Assembly: GCA_963761305.1 (NCBI GenBank)
Contig: CAVXGK010000001.1
Coordinates: 1,312,001 to 1,376,000 of the forward strand
DNA length: 64,000 nucleotides
Origin: an uncultured Gemmatimonadaceae bacterium
GTDB taxonomy: Bacteria > Gemmatimonadota > Gemmatimonadetes > Gemmatimonadales > Gemmatimonadaceae
Direction of reading: 5' to 3'
Shown: positions 28,327-37,820 of the stretch, one piece after another
Numbering within the stretch: position 1 is the first letter of the stretch
Layout of the letters: the number at the start of each line of letters is the position of its first letter
Program-made: the position numbers and the translations under genes
The notes under the pieces: generated by a model
Seen by the model: the letters and a program-made list of their open reading frames with translations, nothing else
What the model was told of the DNA's origin: nothing
The model's database searches: none

Positions 28327-30930
28327 ATGTCGTTGACCATTCGAAGGAACGCCATCACCGCCGCCGCGGCACTCGCCCTCGCGATGCCACTCGGCGCCCA
28401 GATCATCGTCGCCCCCGCGAAAGGAATCGCGCAGAAGCTGAACAAGGGGTTCGGTGCGGCGGCGGCGGGGCTCGATTCGCCGACTCAGGGCAGCTCGGCC
28501 ACGAAGGCGCCGGCGAAAACAGGAGCGACCGTTGCGGCCACCGTTGGAAAGGTGGGCGGCTACACGATCGACCAGTTCCTGTCGCCGGCGTCGCCGCTCG
28601 AACTGGGCGCGGCTCGCAAGGCCGACCGGATCGCGTACGTCGTGTACGAGCGCGGAATGCGCAACATCTACACGGCCGCGGCGCCGGACTTCAAGGGCGT
28701 GCGCATCACCAAGTTCCTCGACGACGACGGCGTTGACGTGAGCTCGGTGCGGCTCTCCGACGACGGCACGATCGCGATCTTCGTGCGCGGGTCGGGACAG
28801 AACCGCGTGGGTTGGGTGGCCAACCCGTCGCACGACCCGAACGGACCGGATCGATCGGTGTGGGCGGCGAAGACAGATGGCACCGGCGCCTGGCGGTTGG
28901 CGTCGATCGAAAACACCGAGACGGCGGCCGGAGGTCGTGGCGGCGGCCGTGGCGGTTCCCCGACGCTCTCGCCCGACGGCAAGTACGTCGTGTTCGCGCG
29001 AGATGGACAGCTCTATCGCGCCAAAACGTCGCGACCCGTCACCTCGGCGATGGACACGGCCGGCGTTCCGTTCATCAAGGAGTGGGGCCGCCAGGGCGAG
29101 CCTGTGTGGTCGCCGGACGGAAACAAGATCGCGTTCGTGAGCACGCGTGAGAATCACGCCTTCATCGGCGTGTACGATGTGAAAACTCGAAAGCTGGATT
29201 TCCTGGCGCCGAGCACGGACATGGACGGCGCGCCGGTGTGGTCGCCCGACAGCAAGCGCATCGCGTTCATTCGCCGGCCGGGCACGCCGTTCGGCCAGCA
29301 GGTGGCAGCCAACACGCCGTTCGGACAGGCTCCGGCTCCCGCGCCCGGTGGCGGTGGTGGTGGCGGTGGTGGTGGCGGCGCCGGTGGCGGTCGTCGCGGT
29401 GGACGCGGCGGCGGTGGCGGTGGCGGCGCCGGTGGTGCAGGCGCTGAGATGCCGGCGGGGCCCAGCGGATGTTCGGCCGGTCGTGGCGGCGAAGGCCGCG
29501 GCGGGGCGGCGGCGGGCTTCAACGACGGCGGCCGCGGCGCCCCGGTGGACACGGGACACGTGGACGGCCTCTGTCGCGCGGCGTTCGCCGGCGGCTTCAC
29601 GATCGCCTTCATGGTCGCCGACGTCGCGACGGGGAAGGCGACGCAGTTCTGGCACAACCAGCCGAACGACCGAACGTTCAACGCGATCAACTCGTTCGCA
29701 TGGGCCGACGATCACGTCGTGTTCACCGCGCAGCGGCCGAACGACGAGTGGGATCGGTACTTCTCGATCAGCATCGACAATCCGCAAGCGGAGCCGGTGC
29801 TGCTCACGACGACCGACGGTCTGATCAACGACAGCGTCGCCGACCGAACGTTCGTCACTACGGCGTTCTCGAAAGACGGCAAGACGTTCTACTACTGCAC
29901 GAACGCCAAGGACATCGAGAAGCGGCACATCTGGGCCGTGCCGACGTCCGGCGGCACGCCAGTGCAGATCTCGACCGACGACGGCGTCGAGGTGTCGCCG
30001 ACGCCGCTCGCATCCGGCAAGCAGATGGCGGTGCTCTACTTCAACGCCTCGCAGCCGGCGTCGATCGGCATCGTGCCGATGGCCGGCGGCACTACGAAGG
30101 TCGTATTTCCAACGCTTCTCAAAGACTTCCCGCAGGCCGCGCACGTGACGCCGGAGATCGTCATCACGCACGCCGCCGACGGTGTCGAGGTTCACAACCA
30201 GCTCTTCCTGCCGAAGGATCTCAAGCCCGGCGAGAAGCGGCCGGCGATCGTGTTCGTGCACGGCGGTCCGTCGCGCGAGATGCTGCCCGCATACCACTAC
30301 ATGCAGTTCTATCACTGGGCGTACGCCTACAACCAGTGGCTTGCGTCGCAGGGCTACATCGTGATGTCGATCAACTACCGCAGCGGCATCGGCTACGGAC
30401 GCTCGTTCCAGCGTGCGGCGAACACTGAAGGGCGCGGCAACTCGGAGTACCAGGACGTCGTCGCCGGCGGCAAATATCTCCAAGGCCGCCCCGACGTCGA
30501 TCCGAACCGCGTCGGTATCTGGGGACTCTCATACGGCGGACTGCTCACCGCCGAGGCGCTCGCTCGCAACTCCGACATGTTCGTGGCCGGCGTGGACCTC
30601 GCGGGCGTGCACATCTACGGCAACGCGCAGGACACGACGAGTCTCGCGTTCCGTTCGTCGGCCGTCGGTGCAATCAATGGCTGGAAGTCGCCGGTGTTCC
30701 TCGAGCAAGGCGACGACGACCGCAACGTCGACTTCGCGCAGATGGTCGGCCTTGTTGATTTGTTGCGCGCGCGCGGCGTGTACTACGAGCTCACCGTCAT
30801 CCCTGACGACGTCCACGAGTCCCTGGTCCACAGCCGGTGGATCGACATCTTCAGCCGAAGCAGCGATTTCCTGCATCGGTTCGTGTGGGACAAGCAGGCG
30901 CCGCCTCTGATGACGACCAACGGCAAGTGA
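28327..30930 (+). CDS. Secreted S9 family peptidase with PD40 propeller and Gly-rich insert
   Basis: WSPDG repeats; HGGP; GLSYGG nucleophile; DDRNV; DDVH. Confidence 0.93.
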   Translation: MSLTIRRNAITAAAALALAMPLGAQIIVAPAKGIAQKLNKGFGAAAAGLDSPTQGSSATKAPAKTGATVAATVGKVGGYTIDQFLSPASPLELGAARKADRIAYVVYERGMRNIYTAAAPDFKGVRITKFLDDDGVDVSSVRLSDDGTIAIFVRGSGQNRVGWVANPSHDPNGPDRSVWAAKTDGTGAWRLASIENTETAAGGRGGGRGGSPTLSPDGKYVVFARDGQLYRAKTSRPVTSAMDTAGVPFIKEWGRQGEPVWSPDGNKIAFVSTRENHAFIGVYDVKTRKLDFLAPSTDMDGAPVWSPDSKRIAFIRRPGTPFGQQVAANTPFGQAPAPAPGGGGGGGGGGGAGGGRRGGRGGGGGGGAGGAGAEMPAGPSGCSAGRGGEGRGGAAAGFNDGGRGAPVDTGHVDGLCRAAFAGGFTIAFMVADVATGKATQFWHNQPNDRTFNAINSFAWADDHVVFTAQRPNDEWDRYFSISIDNPQAEPVLLTTTDGLINDSVADRTFVTTAFSKDGKTFYYCTNAKDIEKRHIWAVPTSGGTPVQISTDDGVEVSPTPLASGKQMAVLYFNASQPASIGIVPMAGGTTKVVFPTLLKDFPQAAHVTPEIVITHAADGVEVHNQLFLPKDLKPGEKRPAIVFVHGGPSREMLPAYHYMQFYHWAYAYNQWLASQGYIVMSINYRSGIGYGRSFQRAANTEGRGNSEYQDVVAGGKYLQGRPDVDPNRVGIWGLSYGGLLTAEALARNSDMFVAGVDLAGVHIYGNAQDTTSLAFRSSAVGAINGWKSPVFLEQGDDDRNVDFAQMVGLVDLLRARGVYYELTVIPDDVHESLVHSRWIDIFSRSSDFLHRFVWDKQAPPLMTTNGK

Positions 30931-31451
30931 ACGACGACGGCCGCCGGCGCGGCTGGACGGGAGGCTTTCTCCCGTTCGTCGTGCTGGCGGTCGACACGCT
31001 CGTCCTCGGCCTGCAGAGGACGAAACACCATGCACTGCTCCCGGCGACCGAGACGAAGATGCTCTGGGCGGCCGAGGTGGCGACGATCGCGTGCGTGCTC
31101 ATTCTGACGTCGGGTTGGGGCCGAGATTCCGGCTGGCACGACGCGCAGCAACGGCTCGGTACGCTTGCGAACAATTTCTATGAGCCGCGCCGTTCGTCGC
31201 TGATCCACGGCTGGGCGATCGGCTGCGCCGTGTTCTGCGGCCTGTGGTGGGGCATCGCGACGTGGAGTGTCGTATTGTTCGGGATGCGGCGCGGCGTGTT
31301 GACCAACGGGTTGGTCGACTTCGAGGTGGCCACGGCGGTCGGGGCGCTCACGGGGGGCGTCATCGGCGCGGTGGTCGGCCTCGCGATCGGCCATCGGTGG
31401 GAGACGACCCACCGCCGATCGCGCGCGGATCGAATGTCGGTGAATGCCTGA
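30927..31451 (+). CDS. Hypothetical membrane protein
   Basis: GTGA overlap; about four hydrophobic segments. Confidence 0.65.
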   Translation: MNDDGRRRGWTGGFLPFVVLAVDTLVLGLQRTKHHALLPATETKMLWAAEVATIACVLILTSGWGRDSGWHDAQQRLGTLANNFYEPRRSSLIHGWAIGCAVFCGLWWGIATWSVVLFGMRRGVLTNGLVDFEVATAVGALTGGVIGAVVGLAIGHRWETTHRRSRADRMSVNA

Positions 31452-31941
31452 GCTGTCCATCCGCATCAAGAAGAAGACGGACGGCTCGGCGGCGCTCAGT
31501 TGCACCCGCGCCGACGGCTCGACGACCTGGCAGCGGCAGGACGGGCGGCTCGGCCTCTTCTTTCCGCTGCACGACCTGACGCACTACGCCGTGGAGACCG
31601 TGCTCGGTCTCAAACACGGATTCTACGGCCTCTTGGCGGAAGGGTGGGACATCACCCGGTTCACCGACCCCGGCGTGAGCAAGCAGTTGCCGGAGGACGC
31701 CGGACTCGCCGAGGTTTTAGTGGGGTTCCTCGACGTCGAACGCGCGACGGGAACGCGCGCGACGGCCGAGGACTTCAATTGGAAGATCCGAACGTACTAC
31801 GACGAACACGCGGCGCCGACGCCGACGTTTCGCATGACTGACGACACACTCGATCGAATCCGCACGGTGCGAGCCGACTTGTTCGAGCGCTGGTCCGCCG
31901 TCCAACCTGGCGAGGCGCTCGAGTTGGCGTTCGACCGATGA
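31444..31941 (+). CDS. Conserved hypothetical protein with HDxxH..E motif
   Basis: CTRADGSTTW...LHDLTHYAVE...GFYGL; coupled to both neighbours. Confidence 0.75.
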   Translation: MPELSIRIKKKTDGSAALSCTRADGSTTWQRQDGRLGLFFPLHDLTHYAVETVLGLKHGFYGLLAEGWDITRFTDPGVSKQLPEDAGLAEVLVGFLDVERATGTRATAEDFNWKIRTYYDEHAAPTPTFRMTDDTLDRIRTVRADLFERWSAVQPGEALELAFDR

Positions 31942-32423
31942 GCCCGAAGCCAGCCATCAGCTCCGGCCTGCTCCTCTATCGGCGCACGCCGCGCGGCCTC
32001 GAGGTGTTTCTCGCCCACCCAGGCGGTCCGTTCTGGGCAGGACGCGACGCTGGTGCGTGGACGATCCCGAAAGGCGCGGTGGAGTCGGGGGAGGACGTGC
32101 TCGACGCTGCCAAGCGCGAGTTCGTCGAAGAAACGGGCATCACCCCGTCGCCGCCGTTCATTCCGCTCGGATTCATCAAACAGAAGGCCGGCAAGACGGT
32201 GAACGCCTGGGCGTGGGAAGGAGACGCCGACCCGCGCGCGATCACCAGCAACACGACCAAGACCGAGTGGCCGCGTGGCTCCGGCGAATGGGTGATCTAC
32301 CCCGAGATCGACCGCTGCGCGTGGTTCGACGCCGCCATCGCGAGGCAAAAGATCAACCCCGCACAAGCGGAGTTGATCGATCGCCTGGAATTGATGCTCG
32401 CGGAGAGCAACTCCGGAGTCTGA
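31938..32423 (+). CDS. NUDIX hydrolase
   Basis: HPGGPFW; Nudix box PKG..ESGED.LDAAKREFVEETG. Confidence 0.92.
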   Translation: MSPKPAISSGLLLYRRTPRGLEVFLAHPGGPFWAGRDAGAWTIPKGAVESGEDVLDAAKREFVEETGITPSPPFIPLGFIKQKAGKTVNAWAWEGDADPRAITSNTTKTEWPRGSGEWVIYPEIDRCAWFDAAIARQKINPAQAELIDRLELMLAESNSGV

Positions 32424-32434
32424 GCCGCGAGCGG

Positions 32435-33160
32435 CTATCGGCCGCCGAGCACCAGTCCGAGTCCGAGCTCGGTTTGCCCGCCGTCCACGAAGATGTGTTG
32501 GAAGGCGAGGTTGAGCGCGACGGAGCCGCCGCGGTTGTAGATCGCCGCGCCGCCACCGAGCATGAACTTGCTGCCGCTGCCGCTGTCGCCGACGTCGGGA
32601 TTGAAGTCGCCGAAACCGAACGCCGGCGTGAGAAACGGAACGATGCGCAGCTCGTTGGGTCCGCCGCCGCGCGCGATCAGCGACAGCGGAAGACCGACCG
32701 ATCCGGCGAGGAGCGTCGACCCCGAGGGGTTCGAAAAACCGAACTCGCCGTTCAGGCCGACGCGCAACAGCGGCGAACTTCGGGAGTCGCTCATCGGAAT
32801 GTCGGTGAGCCGCGTGTCGGCACCGACGCCGAGTACGATCGCGCTCGGCCCTCGCGACGGCGAGGACGCGCCCGCGGTGAGCGACACGCTGGATGCGCCG
32901 CCTCCGGACAGCAGCGCCGTCGCCACGAAATTGTTCAGCGACCTGCTGAGCTCTCCGCCCGACACGTTGCCGTAGCGCACCGAAAACTCGGCGCCGTTCT
33001 GGTGTTCACCGAGAATGGTGCTGGTGGCGATCGGCGGAAGACCCGCGACCGCGGTCCGCATCAGCGCGATGTACGCAGCGCCGTCGGAGAACGACTGAGC
33101 CGGCGCGTTTGCCGCGAGAAGGACCATTGCGGCGACGGCCAGCGAACTGGGCTTGAACAC
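32435..33160 (-). CDS. Hypothetical outer-membrane beta-barrel protein
   Basis: Signal peptide, GGAGG RBS, alternating beta-strand pattern ending ELGLGLVL. Confidence 0.7.
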   Translation of the reverse strand: MFKPSSLAVAAMVLLAANAPAQSFSDGAAYIALMRTAVAGLPPIATSTILGEHQNGAEFSVRYGNVSGGELSRSLNNFVATALLSGGGASSVSLTAGASSPSRGPSAIVLGVGADTRLTDIPMSDSRSSPLLRVGLNGEFGFSNPSGSTLLAGSVGLPLSLIARGGGPNELRIVPFLTPAFGFGDFNPDVGDSGSGSKFMLGGGAAIYNRGGSVALNLAFQHIFVDGGQTELGLGLVLGGR

Positions 33161-33194
33161 GGTGACCTCCGTTACGAGACGCCGTGTCTGCTTG

Positions 33195-33209
33195 GCAAGC
33201 CTTGCGCCG
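33195..33209 (-). promoter_or_regulatory. Candidate sigma54 promoter
   Basis: CGGCGC-AAGGC-TTGC (GG-N10-GC), 35 nt upstream of the start at 33160. Confidence 0.45.
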
Positions 33210-33233
33210 CGCTCGCCATCGCGGCCGCGCCTT

Positions 33234-33602
33234 TTACGCGCTCGAGAGCCGGTGCCGCCAGTATTTCTCGTCGCGAATGAGCACGTCGAGCTGGATCGCT
33301 CGCTCGCCTTCCTCGACCGAATAGTCAGCGATGTGAATCGTGCTCGTCGGAATGCGCGCGCCGTTGGTGTCTTCCAACAGCAGCTCGAGCTTGTCGCGCG
33401 CGTCGTGATAGCGCTCGAGCATGGCGTCGTCGCGCGCGCCTTCCCGCGGCACCGCGCGGGCGAACAACCGAAATACCGGCTGCACGAGATCGTAGCCGAG
33501 TCCCGGGCGGAATGGCCCCCACGCGCGGCCGGTGCTCGGCTCGGTGTGCTCGAGATCCGAATGTCCGACGATGACGCCCTTGAGACGAACGGTATGCTTC
33601 AC
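33234..33602 (-). CDS. Hypothetical protein
   Basis: GTGA-coupled to tonB; normal codon bias. Confidence 0.7.
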   Translation of the reverse strand: MKHTVRLKGVIVGHSDLEHTEPSTGRAWGPFRPGLGYDLVQPVFRLFARAVPREGARDDAMLERYHDARDKLELLLEDTNGARIPTSTIHIADYSVEEGERAIQLDVLIRDEKYWRHRLSSA

Positions 33603-34315
33603 GGCTTACGCGGTCCCGGTTTCGCCTTGATGTCGGCGGACTCGGTGATCTTGAACGTGAACTGCTGCTGCACGAGCTGACGCACCTTGGATACGCCGAT
33701 GCGCGCCGGCTCGAACTTCATGTACGGTAACACGTCGCGCACGGCCGACGTGAACTCGGGATTCGTCGCCCGCAGGACAACGAACGACGTCGTGTCGGCG
33801 AACCCGGTCGTGTCGACGATGTACTGCGCGTTGACGAAGCCCTGGACGTGTTGCTCGAGGAGCTTGAGCGGATACGCCGGCGCGGCGCTGCTCGCCGATC
33901 GCACCACGGCGACGTCGACGTCGAGCACCGAATAGACGGAATCCTCTCCCTTGGTGGCCGGCGCTTCAGGCGTGGTCACGGAGTCTTTTCCTCGACTTCT
34001 CGACGTCTCTTTCAGGACCGGCGTCGGCCGGGCGTTGCCGAAACCATGCGTGCCGTCGCCCAGGTCGACGCCAATCGGCGCGAGCTTGATGAATTGGACG
34101 CTCTCTCGCGAACCGGACTGCGTCGGAGTTCGATCCGGAGGCGGACGATAGACCGGGAACGAACGGTTCTCGAATGTCTTCGCCGTGAGGCCGTCTGGCG
34201 GTAACGTGGCGAGAACCCACGCCGCGATGACCGCGACGTGCAACACCGCGCTGAACGACGCGCTGGAGTAACGCAGCGTCGGTGTGACATCCGAACCCAT
34301 CCACGAGCGCATCAT
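33599..34315 (-). CDS. tonB: Energy transducer TonB family protein
   Basis: TM with SAVLH; C-terminal PAYP...QGFV..QYIVDTTG...KFEPA...VRQLVQQQFTF. Confidence 0.85.
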   Translation of the reverse strand: MMRSWMGSDVTPTLRYSSASFSAVLHVAVIAAWVLATLPPDGLTAKTFENRSFPVYRPPPDRTPTQSGSRESVQFIKLAPIGVDLGDGTHGFGNARPTPVLKETSRSRGKDSVTTPEAPATKGEDSVYSVLDVDVAVVRSASSAAPAYPLKLLEQHVQGFVNAQYIVDTTGFADTTSFVVLRATNPEFTSAVRDVLPYMKFEPARIGVSKVRQLVQQQFTFKITESADIKAKPGPRKP

Positions 34316-34404
34316 GGTGCCCCCCGCCCCCTACTCTCCGACTGCGCTTGCAACTTCCCCGTCACGCGGCTTTCGGGTGGGCGCGCCGCGCGACCTGCTC
34401 CGCT

Positions 34405-34938
34405 CTACGACAGCGAATACCGATCCTTGAGCAACGCCACGTGGTGGCGTTCGTGTCCGGCGATGATGTACAGCAACGCCCGCACGCTGATCGCGGCGCC
34501 GTTCGCCGTACCGCGATGTGTGAACGTCGACGGGTCGAGTCCGCGCACCAGCGACGTCGTCGACGAGCGTACCGCCTGAAATTCGTCCGTGAGATCCGAC
34601 AACGAGCGCTCCGCGAAATTGGCGCTCGGCACCCACGCGTTCTCGTCGAAACCCGGCAGCGGCTGAGCATCCTGCCGCGCGAACCAGAGCGCGCGGAAGC
34701 CCATTACGCGCTCCACGTCCGCCATGTGGCCCACCACCTCTTTCACGGTCCACTTGCCGGGCGCGTACGCGAAGTCGGCGCGAGCGGCCGGAGTCCGGCG
34801 AAGCAGCGCCACCGTGTTGCCGATCTCGGATTCCAGCTGCTGCACGAAGTCGCCATCGGGCACGAGCGAGACGTACTTGCCATAGTAGGCAATGTGCTCG
34901 TCGGGATTCGGCCTGGGAATGCGTGTCGCGCTCGCCAT
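34405..34938 (-). CDS. DinB family protein
   Basis: YAPGKWTVKEVVGHMAD.ER...LPGFDEN...IAGHERHH. Confidence 0.92.
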   Translation of the reverse strand: MASATRIPRPNPDEHIAYYGKYVSLVPDGDFVQQLESEIGNTVALLRRTPAARADFAYAPGKWTVKEVVGHMADVERVMGFRALWFARQDAQPLPGFDENAWVPSANFAERSLSDLTDEFQAVRSSTTSLVRGLDPSTFTHRGTANGAAISVRALLYIIAGHERHHVALLKDRYSLS

Positions 34939-35061
34939 TTCGCCTCGTCACTCCGTCGATTCGGTTCGTCACCGCAAAACCACTGCGAACTCTTCCTCTC
35001 GAATACAGACTACCGCAACGGCGTCCTCGTCATCGACCTGACAGACTCATGACAACTTGAA

Positions 35062-36429
35062 TCACGTCACCGCGGCCACGGCGGGCGCCCGGGGCTCGGC
35101 GGGCGTCACGCCGCGTGCGAGTTCGCTCTGCCGGCGGCCCAGCCACACCGCGAGCCCGAGGAAGATCACCGAGAGCGGGATGGCGACGTACGAGATTCCC
35201 GAGAGCCCGAGTCCGAGCGCCGCCAACCCACTGTAGCTCCAGCCGCCGATCTGGTCGCCGGTACGATACACCACCGTCTCGATGACGTTCTTCGCCTTGT
35301 ACTTGTCTTCGCGTTTCACGACCGTGAACAACACTTCCATGGCCGGATTGGTCAGCGCGAAGTTGCCGGCTCGCCGCAATACAGTGAAGACGGCAACCAT
35401 CGCGAAAACCGGAAATGTGCCGAGCGCGGCGAAGCCGACGATGCTCAGCACCGGCAGCATGGCCAGTGTTATGGCCAGTCCGAGCCAGCGGATGATCCGA
35501 CCGGTGAAGAAGATCTGGGTGACCAGGGTCAGCGTCTGGACGGCCAGCTCGAGCTGCGCCGACACCGCAGTCCGCGTCGCGCGGTCCGCGTAGACGCGGC
35601 CGACCAGATCGCTCTGCGCGTAGTAGAGAAACGTCGCACCGATGGTGATCAGCACCATGAAACAACAGATTCCGAACAAATAGGGCGACTTCAACACGTG
35701 GGTGAAGCCGGCCCAGATGGTGCCGCCGATCACTTCGGTGTCCGCGGGCTTTCGCACGCTCATCGGCGTCGCGCCCCCGCTGCGCCAAGGGAAGCGCGTC
35801 ACGGTGAGGACGGCCAGCTCGAGGAGTCCCGCCGACACGAGCAGCAGCGTGATCGGCCCGATGCGCGTCGCCAGCGCCGCCGCCGCCGCCGAACCCGTGA
35901 TCGAGCCGAGCGTGCCGCCGACGCCGATGAAACCGAACATCCGTTTCGCCTGCTCGCTGGTGAACGTGTCGGCCATCAAACACCAGAAGATCGACGTGTT
36001 GAACAGCGCGAACACGGTCGTCCACACGAACAGCGTGCGCGACGTCCACACGTCCACCGACGACCCTTCCTTGGCCGAGACAAAGCGCAGCACGACGTAG
36101 AACACGAGCATGCTCGCGACGAAGAACTGGTAGGCGATCGGAATGAATCGCCGCACCGGAAACTTCACGACCAGCGCCGCGAACATCGGATTGAGCAGGA
36201 TGGTGACCGAGAGCGTGGCGGTGAACAGCCATTTGAGCTTGTTGACGCCCGTCGCCGCGGCGACCTCGTCCCGCATCGCCCGCAAGACGAAGTAGCTGCT
36301 CAGCAGAAAGAAGAAGAACACGGCCGACGTGAGCATCGCGCGCACCTCGCCGTCACGTACGTCGACGACGCGGCGCAACAGGCCCATGCCTCCGCTTGGC
36401 GGCGCGGGCGCCGCCCGACCGTCGCTCAT
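35062..36429 (-). CDS. MFS-fold transporter (NTP/NDP exchange, TLC-like)
   Basis: SYFVLRAMRD, FWCLMAD.F..EQAKRMFG, REDKYKAKN.IET.VYR.GD; ATGA overlap. Confidence 0.88.
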   Translation of the reverse strand: MSDGRAAPAPPSGGMGLLRRVVDVRDGEVRAMLTSAVFFFFLLSSYFVLRAMRDEVAAATGVNKLKWLFTATLSVTILLNPMFAALVVKFPVRRFIPIAYQFFVASMLVFYVVLRFVSAKEGSSVDVWTSRTLFVWTTVFALFNTSIFWCLMADTFTSEQAKRMFGFIGVGGTLGSITGSAAAAALATRIGPITLLLVSAGLLELAVLTVTRFPWRSGGATPMSVRKPADTEVIGGTIWAGFTHVLKSPYLFGICCFMVLITIGATFLYYAQSDLVGRVYADRATRTAVSAQLELAVQTLTLVTQIFFTGRIIRWLGLAITLAMLPVLSIVGFAALGTFPVFAMVAVFTVLRRAGNFALTNPAMEVLFTVVKREDKYKAKNVIETVVYRTGDQIGGWSYSGLAALGLGLSGISYVAIPLSVIFLGLAVWLGRRQSELARGVTPAEPRAPAVAAVT

Positions 36430-37631
36430 TTCGTCGCCTGCTTCGACTTCCATGCGGCGATCACTTCGCTCTCACGATCGGCGGAGATCCCCGCGCGTCC
36501 CCCTTTCGCCAACGTCTCCAAATCGGCGGCGGGTCGCGTTTTATTCCAGTCGAGCGTGTCCTTCGCCGTCACCGCGAGCGGGCGGAACGTGAGCCCCGCC
36601 GCGAGCGCTTTCTTGATGCTGCGGCGCGAGAATGCGACGTTGTTCGGCCGATCCGGCACCCAGACCGGCATGCTCGCCAGCGTCGGGCTGCTCACCCACG
36701 CGCGCACCTTTTGTTCGGTGAGGAAATCCGCCGGGACCCACGTGAACTGCGCGCCGGCCGTCGTGACGGCTTTGATGCCGTAGAGGAGCTGCGCCATCGT
36801 GAGCGGCGCGACCGGTCCCGTCGCGTTGAACGTGCCGAACGTCTTGTTCTCCGCCATGCGAATCGTGAACTCGGCGATGTCGCGCGAGTCGATGATCTGC
36901 ACCGGATCGTTGCCGTCGCCCGGCGCGAGGACTTCGCCGCCCTTGTCGATGCGATACGGCCAGTACGTGAAGCGATCGGAGACATCCAGCGGACCAACGA
37001 TCAGTCCCGGGCGGATGATGGTGTTGATCCCGGGATACTGCTTTTCGACTTCCTTCTCCGAGTACGCCTTCAGCGCCCCATAGAACTTTCCAAAGTTCTG
37101 ACGGTCGAGCGTGTACGGATCGAGGCCCTCGGGCAACGGGGCCGTCGGATCGGTTTCATCGGACCACGCGTTCTTGTCGCTCGCGTAGGCGGAGATCGTC
37201 GAGATGAAGATGTAGTGGCTGGTGTTGCCCTTGAGGTACTGCGCCGCGTTGCGCACCCACGCCGGCGCCGTCGTCGGGTTGTCGATCACGACGTCGAACT
37301 TGAGCCCCTTGAGCGCGCTCATATCCTCGTTCAGATCGCCGATCAGCTGCTCGACGCGGCCCTTGAAGAAATCCGGCCGCGTCTTGTTGCGATTGATCAG
37401 CGTGACTTTGTGGCCGCGCGCGATCGCGTACTCCACCTGCTCTGGACCGGTGAATCCAGTCCCACCCAAAATCAGAATGCTGAGCGACGCCTTGGCCCGT
37501 TCGACCTGGCGCTTCGAGCTCGGAATCGGCTCGGCCGACAATGCCGGGACGAGGCCGGGCAGGGTCTCGAGGCCGAGCGCCCCGGCGGCGACGGCCGAGG
37601 CCTTGAGGAAGTTGCGTCGGTTGGTGGGCAC
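36426..37631 (-). CDS. Tat-exported NAD-dependent epimerase/dehydratase (extended SDR)
   Basis: NRRNFLK Tat motif; GGTGFTG; YGALK; IRPGLIVGP. Confidence 0.9.
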   Translation of the reverse strand: MPTNRRNFLKASAVAAGALGLETLPGLVPALSAEPIPSSKRQVERAKASLSILILGGTGFTGPEQVEYAIARGHKVTLINRNKTRPDFFKGRVEQLIGDLNEDMSALKGLKFDVVIDNPTTAPAWVRNAAQYLKGNTSHYIFISTISAYASDKNAWSDETDPTAPLPEGLDPYTLDRQNFGKFYGALKAYSEKEVEKQYPGINTIIRPGLIVGPLDVSDRFTYWPYRIDKGGEVLAPGDGNDPVQIIDSRDIAEFTIRMAENKTFGTFNATGPVAPLTMAQLLYGIKAVTTAGAQFTWVPADFLTEQKVRAWVSSPTLASMPVWVPDRPNNVAFSRRSIKKALAAGLTFRPLAVTAKDTLDWNKTRPAADLETLAKGGRAGISADRESEVIAAWKSKQATK

Positions 37632-37820
37632 GGGAGGCTCCGGGTCGAGGTCGATCGACGGGCGTTGGAGAGGGTCCAAGTTGGTCAGCGGGCCTGTCTT
37701 TCGACAGTCCACCGTGGTTTGGCGGGATGTACGGATTTGGTGACGTACTGGCTGGGCAGCTTTGCGACGAGGCGGTAGTTTCCCGATTCGATCATCTTCG
37801 CGTCTCCACCGAGGTCGCCA

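Noticed and set aside
34988..35052. Protein-like fragment ELFLSNTDYRNGVLVIDLTDS on the plus strand
   Set aside because: No start codon or RBS, and too short to support as a gene remnant.
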